From Spirochaetia bacterium (GTDB lineage Bacteria; Spirochaetota; Spirochaetia; DSM-2461): DNA of 64,000 bases. Positions 9,642 through 20,044 of this stretch are shown one piece after another (position 1 is the first letter of the stretch; every line of letters begins with the position of its first letter). The position numbers and the translations under genes were made by a program. The stretch spans positions 64,001-128,000 of the forward strand of contig OY764216.1 in assembly GCA_963668315.1 (NCBI GenBank). Reading direction: 5' to 3'. The notes beneath the pieces are model-generated. The model made no database searches, was not told the DNA's origin, and saw only the letters and a program-made list of their open reading frames with translations.

Positions 9642-11465
9642 CTATTCCACCGTCACACTTTTTGCCAGGTTTCTGGGCTGATCCACATCGCGTTTCAGTT
9701 CCAGGGCGCAGTAGTAACTGAACAGCTGCAGGGGAATCACCATGATAAAGGGATAGAACGACGGATCGACCTTGGGAACGTAGAACACGTCATCGGCGAT
9801 CTCGGCCACCTCTTTATCCCCCTCGACGGCCACGGCGATAACCTTTCCGTTCCGGGCTTTAATCTCCTTCATATTGGAGAGGACTTTCTCCTTGAGAAGA
9901 TCGTCGGCCACCAGAAAAAGAGAAGGGGTGTCTTCATTAATCAGGGCGATAGGACCGTGTTTGATCTCCGCCGCCGAATACCCTTCGGCATGGATGTAGG
10001 AGATCTCCTTCAGCTTGAGGGCTCCCTCAAGAGCCACGGGATAGTTGATGCCCCTTCCGAGAAAGAGGAAGTTCTCATAATAGGCGTATTTTTTGGCCAG
10101 TTCCTTGATCTGCTCCTTGCCGGCCAGAACTTTATCAATCTGAACAGGCAGCTCCTTGAAGGACTGAATGAAAGCCATGCCCCCCTCGGCGGAGAGATCG
10201 CGCATCCGGGCCATGTTCAGAATGAACAGATAGAAGGCGGTCATCTGGGAGGTAAAAGCCTTGGTAGACGCCACGGCGATTTCCGGACCGGAATGTATGT
10301 AAACCCCCCCGTCCGATTCGCGGGGGATGGTCGATCCGACCACGTTGCAGATTCCCAGGCAGCGGCCGCCCTTCCGCTGGATCTCCCTCATGGCGTATAG
10401 GGTGTCGATGGTTTCACCGGACTGGGATATGGCGAAATAGAGGGTATTCTTCTCCACGACGGGGTTGCGGTAGCGGAATTCGCTGGCCAGCTCCACCGTG
10501 CAGGGAATTCGCGCCAGGGATTCCATGAGATTGGCCGCCACCAGGCCCGCATGGTAGGATGTTCCCGCAGCGACGATTTTGACTCGCTCCACATCGAGAA
10601 GCTCCCGGTTGGTCATATTCAATCCGCCCAGCTTGGCCGTGGCCAGTTCCTCGTCAATCCTCCCCTGAAAAGCCCGGGGGACGGACTGGGACTGCTCGAA
10701 GATCTCCTTGAGCATGAAGTGGTCATAGCCGCCCTTCTCCATCTCTTCCAGTTCCCAGGAGATATTCTCCACGGCCTTGGTGATCTCTTCATTGTTGATA
10801 TTGCTGGTCTGGTAGTCTTTCCGGGAAAGGGTGACCATTTCCCGGTCTTCAAAGTAGACAACCCTTTTCGTATAGGCCACCAGGGCGGATACATCGGAGG
10901 CGAGAAACATTTCGTCATCGCCGATTCCCAGGACCAGGGGAGAACCGTTCCGGGCTCCCACCAGCTGATCGGGATTATCCTTATGCATTACAATGATTCC
11001 GTAGGTTCCCTTGACAAGGGCCAGGGCTTCCCGTACCGCCTCTTCCAGATCTCCCTGGTAAAATTTAGCGATAAGATGGGTCAGAACCTCCGAATCGGTT
11101 TCGGAGACGAATTTGTACCCCTCCTCCACAAGCATTTCCTTGAGGGGCATATAATTTTCGATGATGCCGTTATGGACTACGGCAATTTTCCCCGCCCCGT
11201 CCATATGGGGATGGGCGTTAAGATCGGTGACGCCTCCATGGGTGGCCCAGCGGGTATGGCCGATGCCTATGACGCCGGAAACGCCCTTGGGAACATGACG
11301 GCGCAGATCCTGGATTTTTCCCTTGCTTTTATATACGTCTAAATGGGTCCCGTCCCCTATGCCGATGCCCGCCGAATCATATCCCCTGTATTCCAGCCTC
11401 TTCAGACCGGAAAGAAGAACCTCAGCCGCGTTTCGATAACCGCAATATCCCACTATTCCGCACAT
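9642..11465 (-). CDS. glmS: Glutamine--fructose-6-phosphate aminotransferase
   Basis: MCGIVG, LEYRGYDSAG, GHTRWATHG, SQSGET, PRNLAKSVTVE. Confidence 0.99.
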   Translation of the reverse strand: MCGIVGYCGYRNAAEVLLSGLKRLEYRGYDSAGIGIGDGTHLDVYKSKGKIQDLRRHVPKGVSGVIGIGHTRWATHGGVTDLNAHPHMDGAGKIAVVHNGIIENYMPLKEMLVEEGYKFVSETDSEVLTHLIAKFYQGDLEEAVREALALVKGTYGIIVMHKDNPDQLVGARNGSPLVLGIGDDEMFLASDVSALVAYTKRVVYFEDREMVTLSRKDYQTSNINNEEITKAVENISWELEEMEKGGYDHFMLKEIFEQSQSVPRAFQGRIDEELATAKLGGLNMTNRELLDVERVKIVAAGTSYHAGLVAANLMESLARIPCTVELASEFRYRNPVVEKNTLYFAISQSGETIDTLYAMREIQRKGGRCLGICNVVGSTIPRESDGGVYIHSGPEIAVASTKAFTSQMTAFYLFILNMARMRDLSAEGGMAFIQSFKELPVQIDKVLAGKEQIKELAKKYAYYENFLFLGRGINYPVALEGALKLKEISYIHAEGYSAAEIKHGPIALINEDTPSLFLVADDLLKEKVLSNMKEIKARNGKVIAVAVEGDKEVAEIADDVFYVPKVDPSFYPFIMVIPLQLFSYYCALELKRDVDQPRNLAKSVTVE

Positions 11466-11574
11466 ACCAATCTCCGTTTACAGCGTATTTCTTTATGGTG
11501 AATAATAGCGCAACAAGCCTTGTAGAACCATGACAGGACAGAGAAAACCGGGGAAAAACCACGGTTTCGCCCCA

Positions 11575-12102
11575 TTATTCCACGGGAGACAGCTCTCTCC
11601 CGTACTGCCCGGCCAGCTTTTCATAGGCTTCACCGTTCTTGCGGATTCTTTCCACGCTGCCCGGCCCCAGTTCGCGAACAATCTTACCGGGGGCTCCGAG
11701 AACCAGGGAATTATCGGGAATAACCGTGCCTTCCGTGACCAGGGCTCCCGCTCCGATAATGCAGTTGCTTCCGATCTGCGCCCGGGAAAGGACGACGGCA
11801 TTCATGCCGATGAGACAGTTGTCCCCCACCGTACAGGCATGGAGAATGGCCTTGTGCCCCACGGTGACATTCTTCCCGACGACCAGGGACGATCCGCTTT
11901 CGATATGCCCCACGGCGCCGTCCTGGATATTGGTTCCTTCCCCGATAGTGACCGATTCGCCCATATCCGCCCGAAGGACCGCATTGAACCAGACCGAAAC
12001 CCGGTCATGGAGAGTCACCTTGCCAATGATATCGGCGGAGGGAGCGATAAAATGCCCCTCTCCCTTCAGAACCGGCTCGTCTTCACCTAATTTGTATAAC
12101 AT
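11575..12102 (-). CDS. Gamma carbonic anhydrase family protein
   Basis: Hexapeptide repeats; LRAD, NIQDG, TVGH, LHAC. Confidence 0.92.
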   Translation of the reverse strand: MLYKLGEDEPVLKGEGHFIAPSADIIGKVTLHDRVSVWFNAVLRADMGESVTIGEGTNIQDGAVGHIESGSSLVVGKNVTVGHKAILHACTVGDNCLIGMNAVVLSRAQIGSNCIIGAGALVTEGTVIPDNSLVLGAPGKIVRELGPGSVERIRKNGEAYEKLAGQYGRELSPVE

Positions 12103-12108
12103 AACTTA

Positions 12109-12951
12109 CTACTCCATCTGAGCGGCCAGATCGGCCTTTCCCGCCCGGCGGGCATAATCGGCGGGACGCATACCTTCTTCGTCCCGGATATCCGCTTCCG
12201 CACCGTAATCCAGCAGCAGCTGGACGATGCTCCAGTTTTCCGTTCTGGCGGCAAGCATGAGGGGGGAATAGCCCCTGTCGTCCCTGACGCTGTCCGGCTC
12301 CGCGCCCTTCTCCAGAATGAGCCGGCAGATATAATACTGCCCGTTCAGCACCGCCTCCACAAGGGGTTCCTGCTCCAGGGGAGCGGCTTTGAACCCGATG
12401 GAGAGATGGGCTCCCATAACGGAATAACCCGCGCGGCCGTTTCCCTTCCGTAGAAAAACCAAAGCCGCTCTCTTCTCAAAGGGACTGATAACCGATCCCC
12501 TTATCTCCATCTCGTCCCCTCCCAGAGGGGCGGAATTCACTTCCTTATATGTGCCGTCGTTGATATTCTTGAGCCTGATGCTTACCCTGTCGCTTTCGCT
12601 GAACAGCTCTATCTCGTAGAGGGAGCCTTGATAAACCAGGCGGTGCCCCTGCTGGGATGTTCCCCGGCTGCTGGCGGAAATTCCGTATTTTTTCAGGAGG
12701 GCACTTTTCTCTTCCGCCGAGGCCGTTCCCTCATAAACCATGGAATCGGTCACGAGGTCAACGATTTTCAGGATCTGCTCCTCGCTGCTGCCCCCGCCGA
12801 CTTTCTCGACCCAGCAGAAGTGGCCGTCCCGGGACCATCCGACGATATCCATGGACAGATGGAGCCCCTCGTCCCCTTCCTGAGCACTCAGGCTCACCAT
12901 GGACAGAAGGAGAAACAGGACAGCCGGGATGAAAGGATTTTTTTTTCCCAT
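12109..12951 (-). CDS. Exported ankyrin-repeat protein
   Basis: Signal peptide; C-terminal GYSPLMLAA...VQLLLDYGA ankyrin repeats. Confidence 0.8.
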   Translation of the reverse strand: MGKKNPFIPAVLFLLLSMVSLSAQEGDEGLHLSMDIVGWSRDGHFCWVEKVGGGSSEEQILKIVDLVTDSMVYEGTASAEEKSALLKKYGISASSRGTSQQGHRLVYQGSLYEIELFSESDRVSIRLKNINDGTYKEVNSAPLGGDEMEIRGSVISPFEKRAALVFLRKGNGRAGYSVMGAHLSIGFKAAPLEQEPLVEAVLNGQYYICRLILEKGAEPDSVRDDRGYSPLMLAARTENWSIVQLLLDYGAEADIRDEEGMRPADYARRAGKADLAAQME

Positions 12952-13014
12952 GGGAAGATTTTACTTCCTATAGTCCATTTACACAATCCCTGCAAAAAGA
13001 ATAGACTTGCGGCC

Positions 13015-14211
13015 ATGGAGCACTGGAAAAAAAATCTCTACACCGTTTGGGCTATACAAATTCTATCACTTTCCGGATTCAGCTTCGGGCTGCCTTTTCT
13101 CCCTTTTTACATACAGGAACTGGGGATTACCGAACCAGACAAGATAAAAGTATGGACGGGACTTATGGCGTCCCTTCCGGGATTGACTATGGGAATCATG
13201 GCTCCTGTCTGGGGGATGGCCGCCGACCGGTTCGGCCGGAAGCTGATGCTTATACGGGCCACTTTGTCGGGCACGATCATCATCGGAGCCATGGGGCTGG
13301 TCGTCCATCCCGAATCCCTCCTGGTCCTGCGTATCATACAGGGGCTCTTCACGGGAACCGTTTCGGCCTCGGCTACCCTGGTGGCCGCGGAGACCCCCCG
13401 GAACAGAAGCGGCTATGCTCTGGGCTTCCTTTCGTCCTCCACCTTCATCGGCCAGTCACTGGGCCCTCTGGCAGGCGGCCTGGCCGCCGAACAACTGGGC
13501 TACCGCTACAGTTTTTTCATCGGAAGCGCCATACTTTTCGTGGCCCTCCTTCTCTGCCTTTTTCTGGTCAGAGAATTACGGGCGGAAGAATCGGAAAGCG
13601 AGGAGCATCCCTCCTCGAACAGCGGGGGAGAGACGGCCTCCCTCAGGAAGCTCATCTTCTCCCTCCTCCCCCTTATGGCCATCCTGTACTTTCTGAGAAT
13701 AGGCCGGACCATGCCCTCATCCTTTCTTCCCCTGCGCGTTCAGGAGATAAGGGGCATGCTGGAAGGCTCCTCTCTGACCATGGGCTACCTGTCGGCCGGA
13801 GCGGGTATCGCGACGGCCTTTGCGGGCATCATCATGGGCCGCCTGGGCGACAGGGGCCATAAACTTCACCTTATCACCCTGTGCGCCCTGGGCGCCTGCC
13901 TCCTGGAGATTCCCCTTTCCCTCTCCCGGGGACTGATTCTGTTCGCCCTTTTTTATGTACTCCTCTCCTTTACCGCCGGAGGCATAGAACCGCAGCTCCA
14001 GGCGCTGATCAGCAGCAGGACACCCGCCAACAAAAGAGGCCTTCTGTTCGGCCTCCAGACCACCGTGGGCTCCCTCGGCTGGGCATCGGCTCCCATGATC
14101 GGTTCCTGGATATCGATCAATCACTCCTTCAGCGCGATTTTCCTCTTCGCCGGAGGATTTTTCATCTTCGCCGCCATTACGGGGGGAATCATCATGGTGA
14201 GGCAAAAATAA
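13015..14211 (+). CDS. MFS transporter (MdtG/DHA1-like)
   Basis: Start moved to MEHWKKNL (ATG 13015); motif A GMAADRFGRK; 12 TM pattern. Confidence 0.9.
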   Translation: MEHWKKNLYTVWAIQILSLSGFSFGLPFLPFYIQELGITEPDKIKVWTGLMASLPGLTMGIMAPVWGMAADRFGRKLMLIRATLSGTIIIGAMGLVVHPESLLVLRIIQGLFTGTVSASATLVAAETPRNRSGYALGFLSSSTFIGQSLGPLAGGLAAEQLGYRYSFFIGSAILFVALLLCLFLVRELRAEESESEEHPSSNSGGETASLRKLIFSLLPLMAILYFLRIGRTMPSSFLPLRVQEIRGMLEGSSLTMGYLSAGAGIATAFAGIIMGRLGDRGHKLHLITLCALGACLLEIPLSLSRGLILFALFYVLLSFTAGGIEPQLQALISSRTPANKRGLLFGLQTTVGSLGWASAPMIGSWISINHSFSAIFLFAGGFFIFAAITGGIIMVRQK

Positions 14212-14281
14212 CAGGATTCTGTTTTTTTCCTTAGAAAGCCGTGGTATAGTGTAATCAAGCCTTTTTAACCCGGAGACAAAC

Positions 14282-15580
14282 ATGAACAAATCTTCTACCC
14301 GCTTCACGCGGGAAGAGAAAAGCTGGATGATGTACGATTGGGCCAATTCCGCCCATTCCATCGTGGTGGTGACGATCCTTCCCATCTTCTTCATGTCCCT
14401 CTTCGAAGACAATACCGGCGCCGTTGCCACCTGGGGAAGCGTCACGTCGGCCTCCAAATTCCTGGTAGCCCTCATGGCGCCCGTGCTCGGGACTCTGGGA
14501 GATTTCAAAAGCATGAAAAAGAGGCTTCTCGCCCTTTTCATGACCATCGGCGTCCTCTCCTGCCTGGGCCTCTCGGGAATGCCCTTCGCGCCCAAATGGC
14601 AGCTTATCCTGGGACTTTACGCCCTGAGCAACATCGGTTTCGCCGGGGCAAACATCTTCTACGACGGCTTCCTCCCCGAAGTAACCTCGAACGACCGGAT
14701 GGACAGGGTCTCAGCCTGGGGCTTCGGCCTGGGGTATATCGGCGGCTCCACCATTCCCTTCATCGTGTTTCTGGTACTGTATATGACGATTCCCGCCGAC
14801 AAGGCCATGGCCATCTCCTTCGGATTGACCGGTGTCTGGTGGGCCGTTTTCTCCCTCCCCCTCCTCAAAAACGTGAGTCAGAATCACTACGTGGAGAGAA
14901 AGCGGGGTATGGTCGCCTCCTCCCTGAAGCAGCTCAGTGTGACAGTCCGGGATATTTACCGGAATAAAACCATGCTCTTCTTCCTTATCGCCTACTTTTT
15001 CTATATCGACGGGGTAAATACCATCATCTACATGTCCACCGCCTACGGTTCCACCCTCCACATCGACTCGACCCAGATGATGCTCGCCCTCCTGATGGTC
15101 CAGATCCTGGCCTTCCCCTTCGCCCTCCTTTACGGCTTCATGGCGGGGAAAATCGGGACAAGCCGTATGATATGGGTGGGGATTCTCGTTTATACGGGCA
15201 TATGTATTTTCGGCTTTTTCGTCAGGGAGACATGGCACTTCTGGATGCTCGCCGCTCTAGTCGCCACAAGCCAGGGAGGCGTCCAGGCCCTCTCGCGCTC
15301 CCTTTTCGGCAAGATGATTCCCGCCAGGGAACGGTCGAACGAGTTCTTCGGCTTCTTCGAAATATTCGGGAAATTCTCCGCCATAATGGGGCCCTGGCTC
15401 TTCGGATTCGCCACGCTGAAAGCCGCCGAGTATTTCCGGTCCCGGCAGCCCGGAATAGAGCAGTTTGATCTGGACAGATCGGCCGCCCCCTTCGGCGTGC
15501 TCAGCGTTCTGGTAATATTTATTATCGGGGCCGTTTTCTTTGCTCTGTATACAAAAGGGGAAAACAAAAAAAACACATAA
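14282..15580 (+). CDS. MFS transporter (UMF1/Atg22-like)
   Basis: W.MYDWANS, GFGLGYIGG, DGVNTI, QALSRS, EFFGF. Confidence 0.9.
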   Translation: MNKSSTRFTREEKSWMMYDWANSAHSIVVVTILPIFFMSLFEDNTGAVATWGSVTSASKFLVALMAPVLGTLGDFKSMKKRLLALFMTIGVLSCLGLSGMPFAPKWQLILGLYALSNIGFAGANIFYDGFLPEVTSNDRMDRVSAWGFGLGYIGGSTIPFIVFLVLYMTIPADKAMAISFGLTGVWWAVFSLPLLKNVSQNHYVERKRGMVASSLKQLSVTVRDIYRNKTMLFFLIAYFFYIDGVNTIIYMSTAYGSTLHIDSTQMMLALLMVQILAFPFALLYGFMAGKIGTSRMIWVGILVYTGICIFGFFVRETWHFWMLAALVATSQGGVQALSRSLFGKMIPARERSNEFFGFFEIFGKFSAIMGPWLFGFATLKAAEYFRSRQPGIEQFDLDRSAAPFGVLSVLVIFIIGAVFFALYTKGENKKNT

Positions 15581-15647
15581 TCGCAAAGAAAAAAATATTT
15601 TTTCTGTTTGCATAATAATACATATTACACTATCCTTATCGTTGTAT

Positions 15648-17309
15648 ATGAAGGTCGTTCAGCTAGACTCGGAATACATATTCAAACACCAGGTTCAGAT
15701 CATTGAACAAAACCTCCCTCTCATTGTTGAGAATGTGAAAGGTTCACGCAAGAGGATGAGGGAGGACAGGCTTAAGGATTTCCTGGCCCATCCCGGTGTT
15801 CTGGATAAATATAAATTCTATATTTCCGAGGACAATATACAGCTGTGGCGACGGATATGCACGACCCGCCTGAATTTCCCCGTCGACGACAATCTGGGCT
15901 CCATCCCCAATCTTGACGGAAGCAAACTCATTTCGGAGTTTAAAAGGATAAGCGGGACTCCCCTTAAGGAACGGATTAATCATCTGACCTATGAACATCA
16001 TATACTGAATAAGATGCTTCTTCAGAAGAAGGGCCGGATAGACCGGGAAGTGGCGGAGACGGTATTCCCCATTTCCAAATCGGCCACACTCATGGCCGGC
16101 GTGGCCATGTCCGATAAAAAACGGCTCAACGGGAAGTCGGACGAACAACTGGGTATGGTTGTCAGTGAGTCTTCCAAGACCATTTTAGCCATTTCGGAAG
16201 CCATAGGAAACAACAGCTATACCCTCAGGGAATTCACCGCCATGGCCGAGTTCCGCCAGTCCGACACCGTCGCCCACTGCTGCCGCGTCTTCCATATGTA
16301 TTCCGACCTTCTCTACTACTACCACAATACGATGAACGGCAAGGATACAAGAAAGGCGCTCATCGAATCCATTGAAAACAAGTGCGACGAATATTACCAC
16401 TTCTACCACTCCTTCATTCCCCATAAGAGGATGACAAAGGTCAGCGATGTGTTCGAAGGCTCCCTCCCCTTCCTTAAGAAAGAGGAGATTACCACCCTGT
16501 CCCTGGCGGCAGCCTACCACGACCTGGGAAAAATCGTGCGGCTGGACTATTACGAGAGCGACAAACCCCGGGACGATACGGTCATAGAGCAGCACCCTTA
16601 CGAAATATTCGAAATGCTCAGCCTCATTCCCAACGAAAGAAGCATCGGCCTGACGGCCAGCATGCACCATGAGATGTACGGCGGAGGATACGGCCCCTAC
16701 GCCTCACTGGGGGGCACCTATTTCGCCACCCACCCCAAAGAGAACATAGACTACATCATTACGAATGATATCACCCCCGTCCTCCAGGAGGAAAAGCGGT
16801 ATATCCCCGGCTACTTCCCCGCCAAATTCCTTGAAATATGCGATATCTACGATGCCCTCCATAATAAGAGAGGGTATAAGACGGCCAAGCCGGTCAGTTC
16901 CGTCCTGACCATCATGGGGGAGGATTTCTTCAACCCGAACCGGTTGAAGACGACCGTGGACGAGCTGGAAGATCTCTGCTTCGGGAAGACCTACTGGAAC
17001 CGCTACTTCATAAAGGACCTGGATTCATCGCTCTACGGTATCAAACCTTACGCCAAACATACGATTACCCACGACCTGGAGACGCTCTTTCCCCGGGTTA
17101 AACCCTATATCGGCCAAGGGAAAAAGCTTCGCTCCCTGCCCAAAAAAGTCAAATCCACCATACTGGCCTACCAGGCTCTCTTAAGAATGCAGAACAAGAT
17201 CATCCGCAATCCGGGGATGCTCGATCCGATTCTCTTTGACATATTCATCGATTATATCGCACAGATCGAAGAGAAGGATTATTCACGCTATAAATACAGC
17301 GCGGCCTGA
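15648..17309 (+). CDS. HD-domain (HD-GYP-like) phosphohydrolase
   Basis: HC.RV, YHDLGK, HP, MHHE, CDIYDAL..KRGYK; start set at MKVVQ (ATG 15648). Confidence 0.75.
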   Translation: MKVVQLDSEYIFKHQVQIIEQNLPLIVENVKGSRKRMREDRLKDFLAHPGVLDKYKFYISEDNIQLWRRICTTRLNFPVDDNLGSIPNLDGSKLISEFKRISGTPLKERINHLTYEHHILNKMLLQKKGRIDREVAETVFPISKSATLMAGVAMSDKKRLNGKSDEQLGMVVSESSKTILAISEAIGNNSYTLREFTAMAEFRQSDTVAHCCRVFHMYSDLLYYYHNTMNGKDTRKALIESIENKCDEYYHFYHSFIPHKRMTKVSDVFEGSLPFLKKEEITTLSLAAAYHDLGKIVRLDYYESDKPRDDTVIEQHPYEIFEMLSLIPNERSIGLTASMHHEMYGGGYGPYASLGGTYFATHPKENIDYIITNDITPVLQEEKRYIPGYFPAKFLEICDIYDALHNKRGYKTAKPVSSVLTIMGEDFFNPNRLKTTVDELEDLCFGKTYWNRYFIKDLDSSLYGIKPYAKHTITHDLETLFPRVKPYIGQGKKLRSLPKKVKSTILAYQALLRMQNKIIRNPGMLDPILFDIFIDYIAQIEEKDYSRYKYSAA

Positions 17310-17375
17310 AAAACACTACACAAAACCTAGAAAAAGTATTATTTTAAAACCACTCTACAAAAAAAGAGGTAAGAA

Positions 17376-18338
17376 ATGGGTAAGAAAGATCTTGTCGGCG
17401 GCTCTCTCTGGGATAATTATTCCCAGAAAGTAGCAGACCGAATGAATAATCCTCGCAACCTGGGGGAGATAACGAAAGAAGAGGCCGAGTCCCTGAATGC
17501 CAAACTTGTGGTGGCGGACTGGGGAGCCGAATCATGCGGAGACGCCGTAAGACTTTACTGGGCTGTGGAAAAGGGTTCCGATAAAATTGTCAAAGCCTCT
17601 TTCAAGAGTTTCGGCTGCGGTACGGCCATAGCATCCAGCGATATGATGGCCGAACTCTGCCAGGGAAAAACCGTGGACGAAGCGGTCATGATAACAAATC
17701 TCGACGTGGAGAAAGCCCTTCGGGACGATCCGGACATTCCGGCGGTCCCCCCTCAGAAGATGCACTGTTCCGTCATGGCCTACGATGTGATAAAACAGGC
17801 CGTTGCCGTTCACAAGGGCATCGACCGTTCCTCCCTCGAAGAGGAAGAGATGGTCTGTGAGTGCGCCCGTGTCACCCTGGGCACCATCCAGGAAGTCATC
17901 AGACTGAATGATCTCAAGACCGTGGAAGAGATCACCGCCTATACCAAAGCGGGGGCTTTCTGTAAATCCTGCATCAAACCGGGCGGACACGAACAGAGAA
18001 AATATCACCTTGAGGATATACTGCGGGACACCAGGGAAGCGATGGAAAGGGAAAAGGCGGAAATCGCCGCCCTCAAGCCGGAGTTCTCCCATATGAGCCT
18101 CTACCAGAAAGGCAGGGCCATAGACGCGTTTCTCGATGCCGAAGTACGCCCCCTGCTGCAGAACGACGGAGGCAATATGGAAATTGCCGATCTCAAGGAA
18201 GTGGATGGCAAGGTCATTGTCCAGATAGCCTATCAGGGAGCCTGTCTGGGATGCGCCAGCGCAACAACGGGGACGTTCAACTTCATAGAGAACGCCTTGC
18301 AAGAGAAGATCAGCGACAATATTGTCGTTACCATGTAA
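17376..18338 (+). CDS. nifU: Three-domain NifU-type Fe-S scaffold
   Basis: SCGD/GCG/KMHC (IscU domain), CEC...CKSC (2Fe-2S), DGG...GACLGC (Nfu domain). Confidence 0.92.
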   Translation: MGKKDLVGGSLWDNYSQKVADRMNNPRNLGEITKEEAESLNAKLVVADWGAESCGDAVRLYWAVEKGSDKIVKASFKSFGCGTAIASSDMMAELCQGKTVDEAVMITNLDVEKALRDDPDIPAVPPQKMHCSVMAYDVIKQAVAVHKGIDRSSLEEEEMVCECARVTLGTIQEVIRLNDLKTVEEITAYTKAGAFCKSCIKPGGHEQRKYHLEDILRDTREAMEREKAEIAALKPEFSHMSLYQKGRAIDAFLDAEVRPLLQNDGGNMEIADLKEVDGKVIVQIAYQGACLGCASATTGTFNFIENALQEKISDNIVVTM

Positions 18339-18344
18339 ACAATT

Positions 18345-18977
18345 ATGATAGAATACGTCTATGAATCCAATATAGACGACCGGGTTCTGGACCGGGCCGA
18401 TAGAATTTTAAAAAATGACGGTCTGGTCGCCTTCCCCACCGATTCCAGCTGGGCTATCGGGGGAAGCGTTACATCGAGGGAAGCCATTGAGAAACTGAAA
18501 AAGCTCAAGGGCGGCCTGAAGAACTACACCATCAGTATGATCTGCCGGGACATATCCCAGATGAGCGACGTGGCCAATATCAACACGCCCGATTTCAAAC
18601 TGATTAAAAGGCTGACACCCGGAGCCTATGTCTTTATCCTGCCCGCCCGCAATCATATAGAGAAAATCGTCAACATGAAGCGGGTGGAGATAGGGCTGCG
18701 CATTCCCGAAAGCCCCATTCCCCTGGCCCTGGTGGAAAAGCACGAGTCTCCTATTTTTTCCGTAACGGCCTGCCGGGACATGAACAACAAGGAGTGGTGG
18801 GACTACGCCTTCGCCGAAGAGCAGCTCTTCGAGTACGGCTGGGAGCTGGAGGATATCAAGGGTGTGGAGATGGTGATCGATACGGGGGAAGCCCAGGAGA
18901 AACACCTGACCACGGTTATCCGCATGACCGGCGATGAACCGGAAATCATCCGGGAAGGGCGGGGACCTCTGCCGTAG
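18345..18977 (+). CDS. Sua5/YciO/YrdC family protein (YciO-like)
   Basis: VAFPTDS, TPGAYVFIL, IGLRIP, IIREG.G; lacks the TSAN motif. Confidence 0.85.
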   Translation: MIEYVYESNIDDRVLDRADRILKNDGLVAFPTDSSWAIGGSVTSREAIEKLKKLKGGLKNYTISMICRDISQMSDVANINTPDFKLIKRLTPGAYVFILPARNHIEKIVNMKRVEIGLRIPESPIPLALVEKHESPIFSVTACRDMNNKEWWDYAFAEEQLFEYGWELEDIKGVEMVIDTGEAQEKHLTTVIRMTGDEPEIIREGRGPLP

Positions 18978-19081
18978 AAGCACCTTTCTATTTATTGCGT
19001 GCAAAATTACAAAACTGAAACTTGTGCAATAGCCTTTTCTCTGTTATCATTTTTCCCGTTCACAATTACATTTTATGATAC

Positions 19082-20044
19082 ATGAGAAAGGAGGCTCCTT
19101 TGATTAAGGCTGAAAACCTGACAAAGAAATATGGCCGTCATCTGGCTGTTAATGATATCAGCTTCTCCATTGAAAAGGGAGAAGTCATCGGATTCCTCGG
19201 TCCTAACGGAGCGGGGAAGAGCACGACCATGAACATGATGTGCGGCTGTCTGGCTCCCTCGGAAGGTAAAATCACCATAAACGGTATCGATATCATGGAT
19301 GAACCGGAGGAGACCAGAAAGTATGTGGGCTATCTGCCCGAGCAGCCGCCTCTCTACTTCGAGATGACCGTTTACGAATATCTGAAATTCGTGGGAGAAT
19401 TGAAAAAAGTTCCTTCCCCGCAGATAAAGGACGATATAGAAAGAATCGTCAGCCTGGTGAAGATCGACGACGTGAAGCACCGCCTTATCCGCAACCTTTC
19501 CAAAGGCTACAAACAGAGAGTGGGAATAGCCCAGGCTCTTATGGGAAATCCCCCCATTCTGGTTCTGGACGAACCTTCCGTCGGTCTCGACCCCAAGCAG
19601 ATCATCGAAATCCGCAATCTGATCAACGAACTGAAAAAGGACCATACACTCATTATCAGCTCCCATATTCTTCCCGAAATCTCCGCCGTCTGCGACCGGG
19701 TCCTGATTATCAACAAGGGAAATATCGTCGCCTCCGATACGCCGGAAAACCTTTCAAAGCGCCTGACCGGAACCAACAAGGTCTACCTGAGGATAAAGGG
19801 GGAAGAGGGAGCGGTCAGATCCGCCCTGGCGCCCCTGGCCCCGGAGGATAAACTGATCATATCGCCCTGCAAGGACGAAGAAGCCCTGGATGTCACGGTG
19901 GAAGCCGAAGGGGACGAGGATATCCGGGAAAAGGTTTTTTTCGCCCTGAGCGGCAAGAACCTGCCCCTTCTGCAGATGAGACCCATGGAGATGAGCCTTG
20001 AGGACATCTTCCTGAATTTGACGACCGTGGAGGAGAAGGAATAA
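19082..20044 (+). CDS. ABC-2 type ATP-binding protein (GldA-like)
   Basis: GPNGAGKST, LSKGYKQR, LDEP. Confidence 0.95.
   Translation: MRKEAPLIKAENLTKKYGRHLAVNDISFSIEKGEVIGFLGPNGAGKSTTMNMMCGCLAPSEGKITINGIDIMDEPEETRKYVGYLPEQPPLYFEMTVYEYLKFVGELKKVPSPQIKDDIERIVSLVKIDDVKHRLIRNLSKGYKQRVGIAQALMGNPPILVLDEPSVGLDPKQIIEIRNLINELKKDHTLIISSHILPEISAVCDRVLIINKGNIVASDTPENLSKRLTGTNKVYLRIKGEEGAVRSALAPLAPEDKLIISPCKDEEALDVTVEAEGDEDIREKVFFALSGKNLPLLQMRPMEMSLEDIFLNLTTVEEKE

Noticed and set aside
11466..11574. Possible glmS ribozyme upstream of glmS
   Set aside because: The AGCGCC...GACGAGG core is absent and the region is short.
12628..13014. N-terminal extensions in the ORF track (MFS 12628, HD 15540, YjbQ 39197, S-component 55793, AzlD 61173)
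   Set aside because: They overlap real neighbouring genes; family-typical starts lie downstream.
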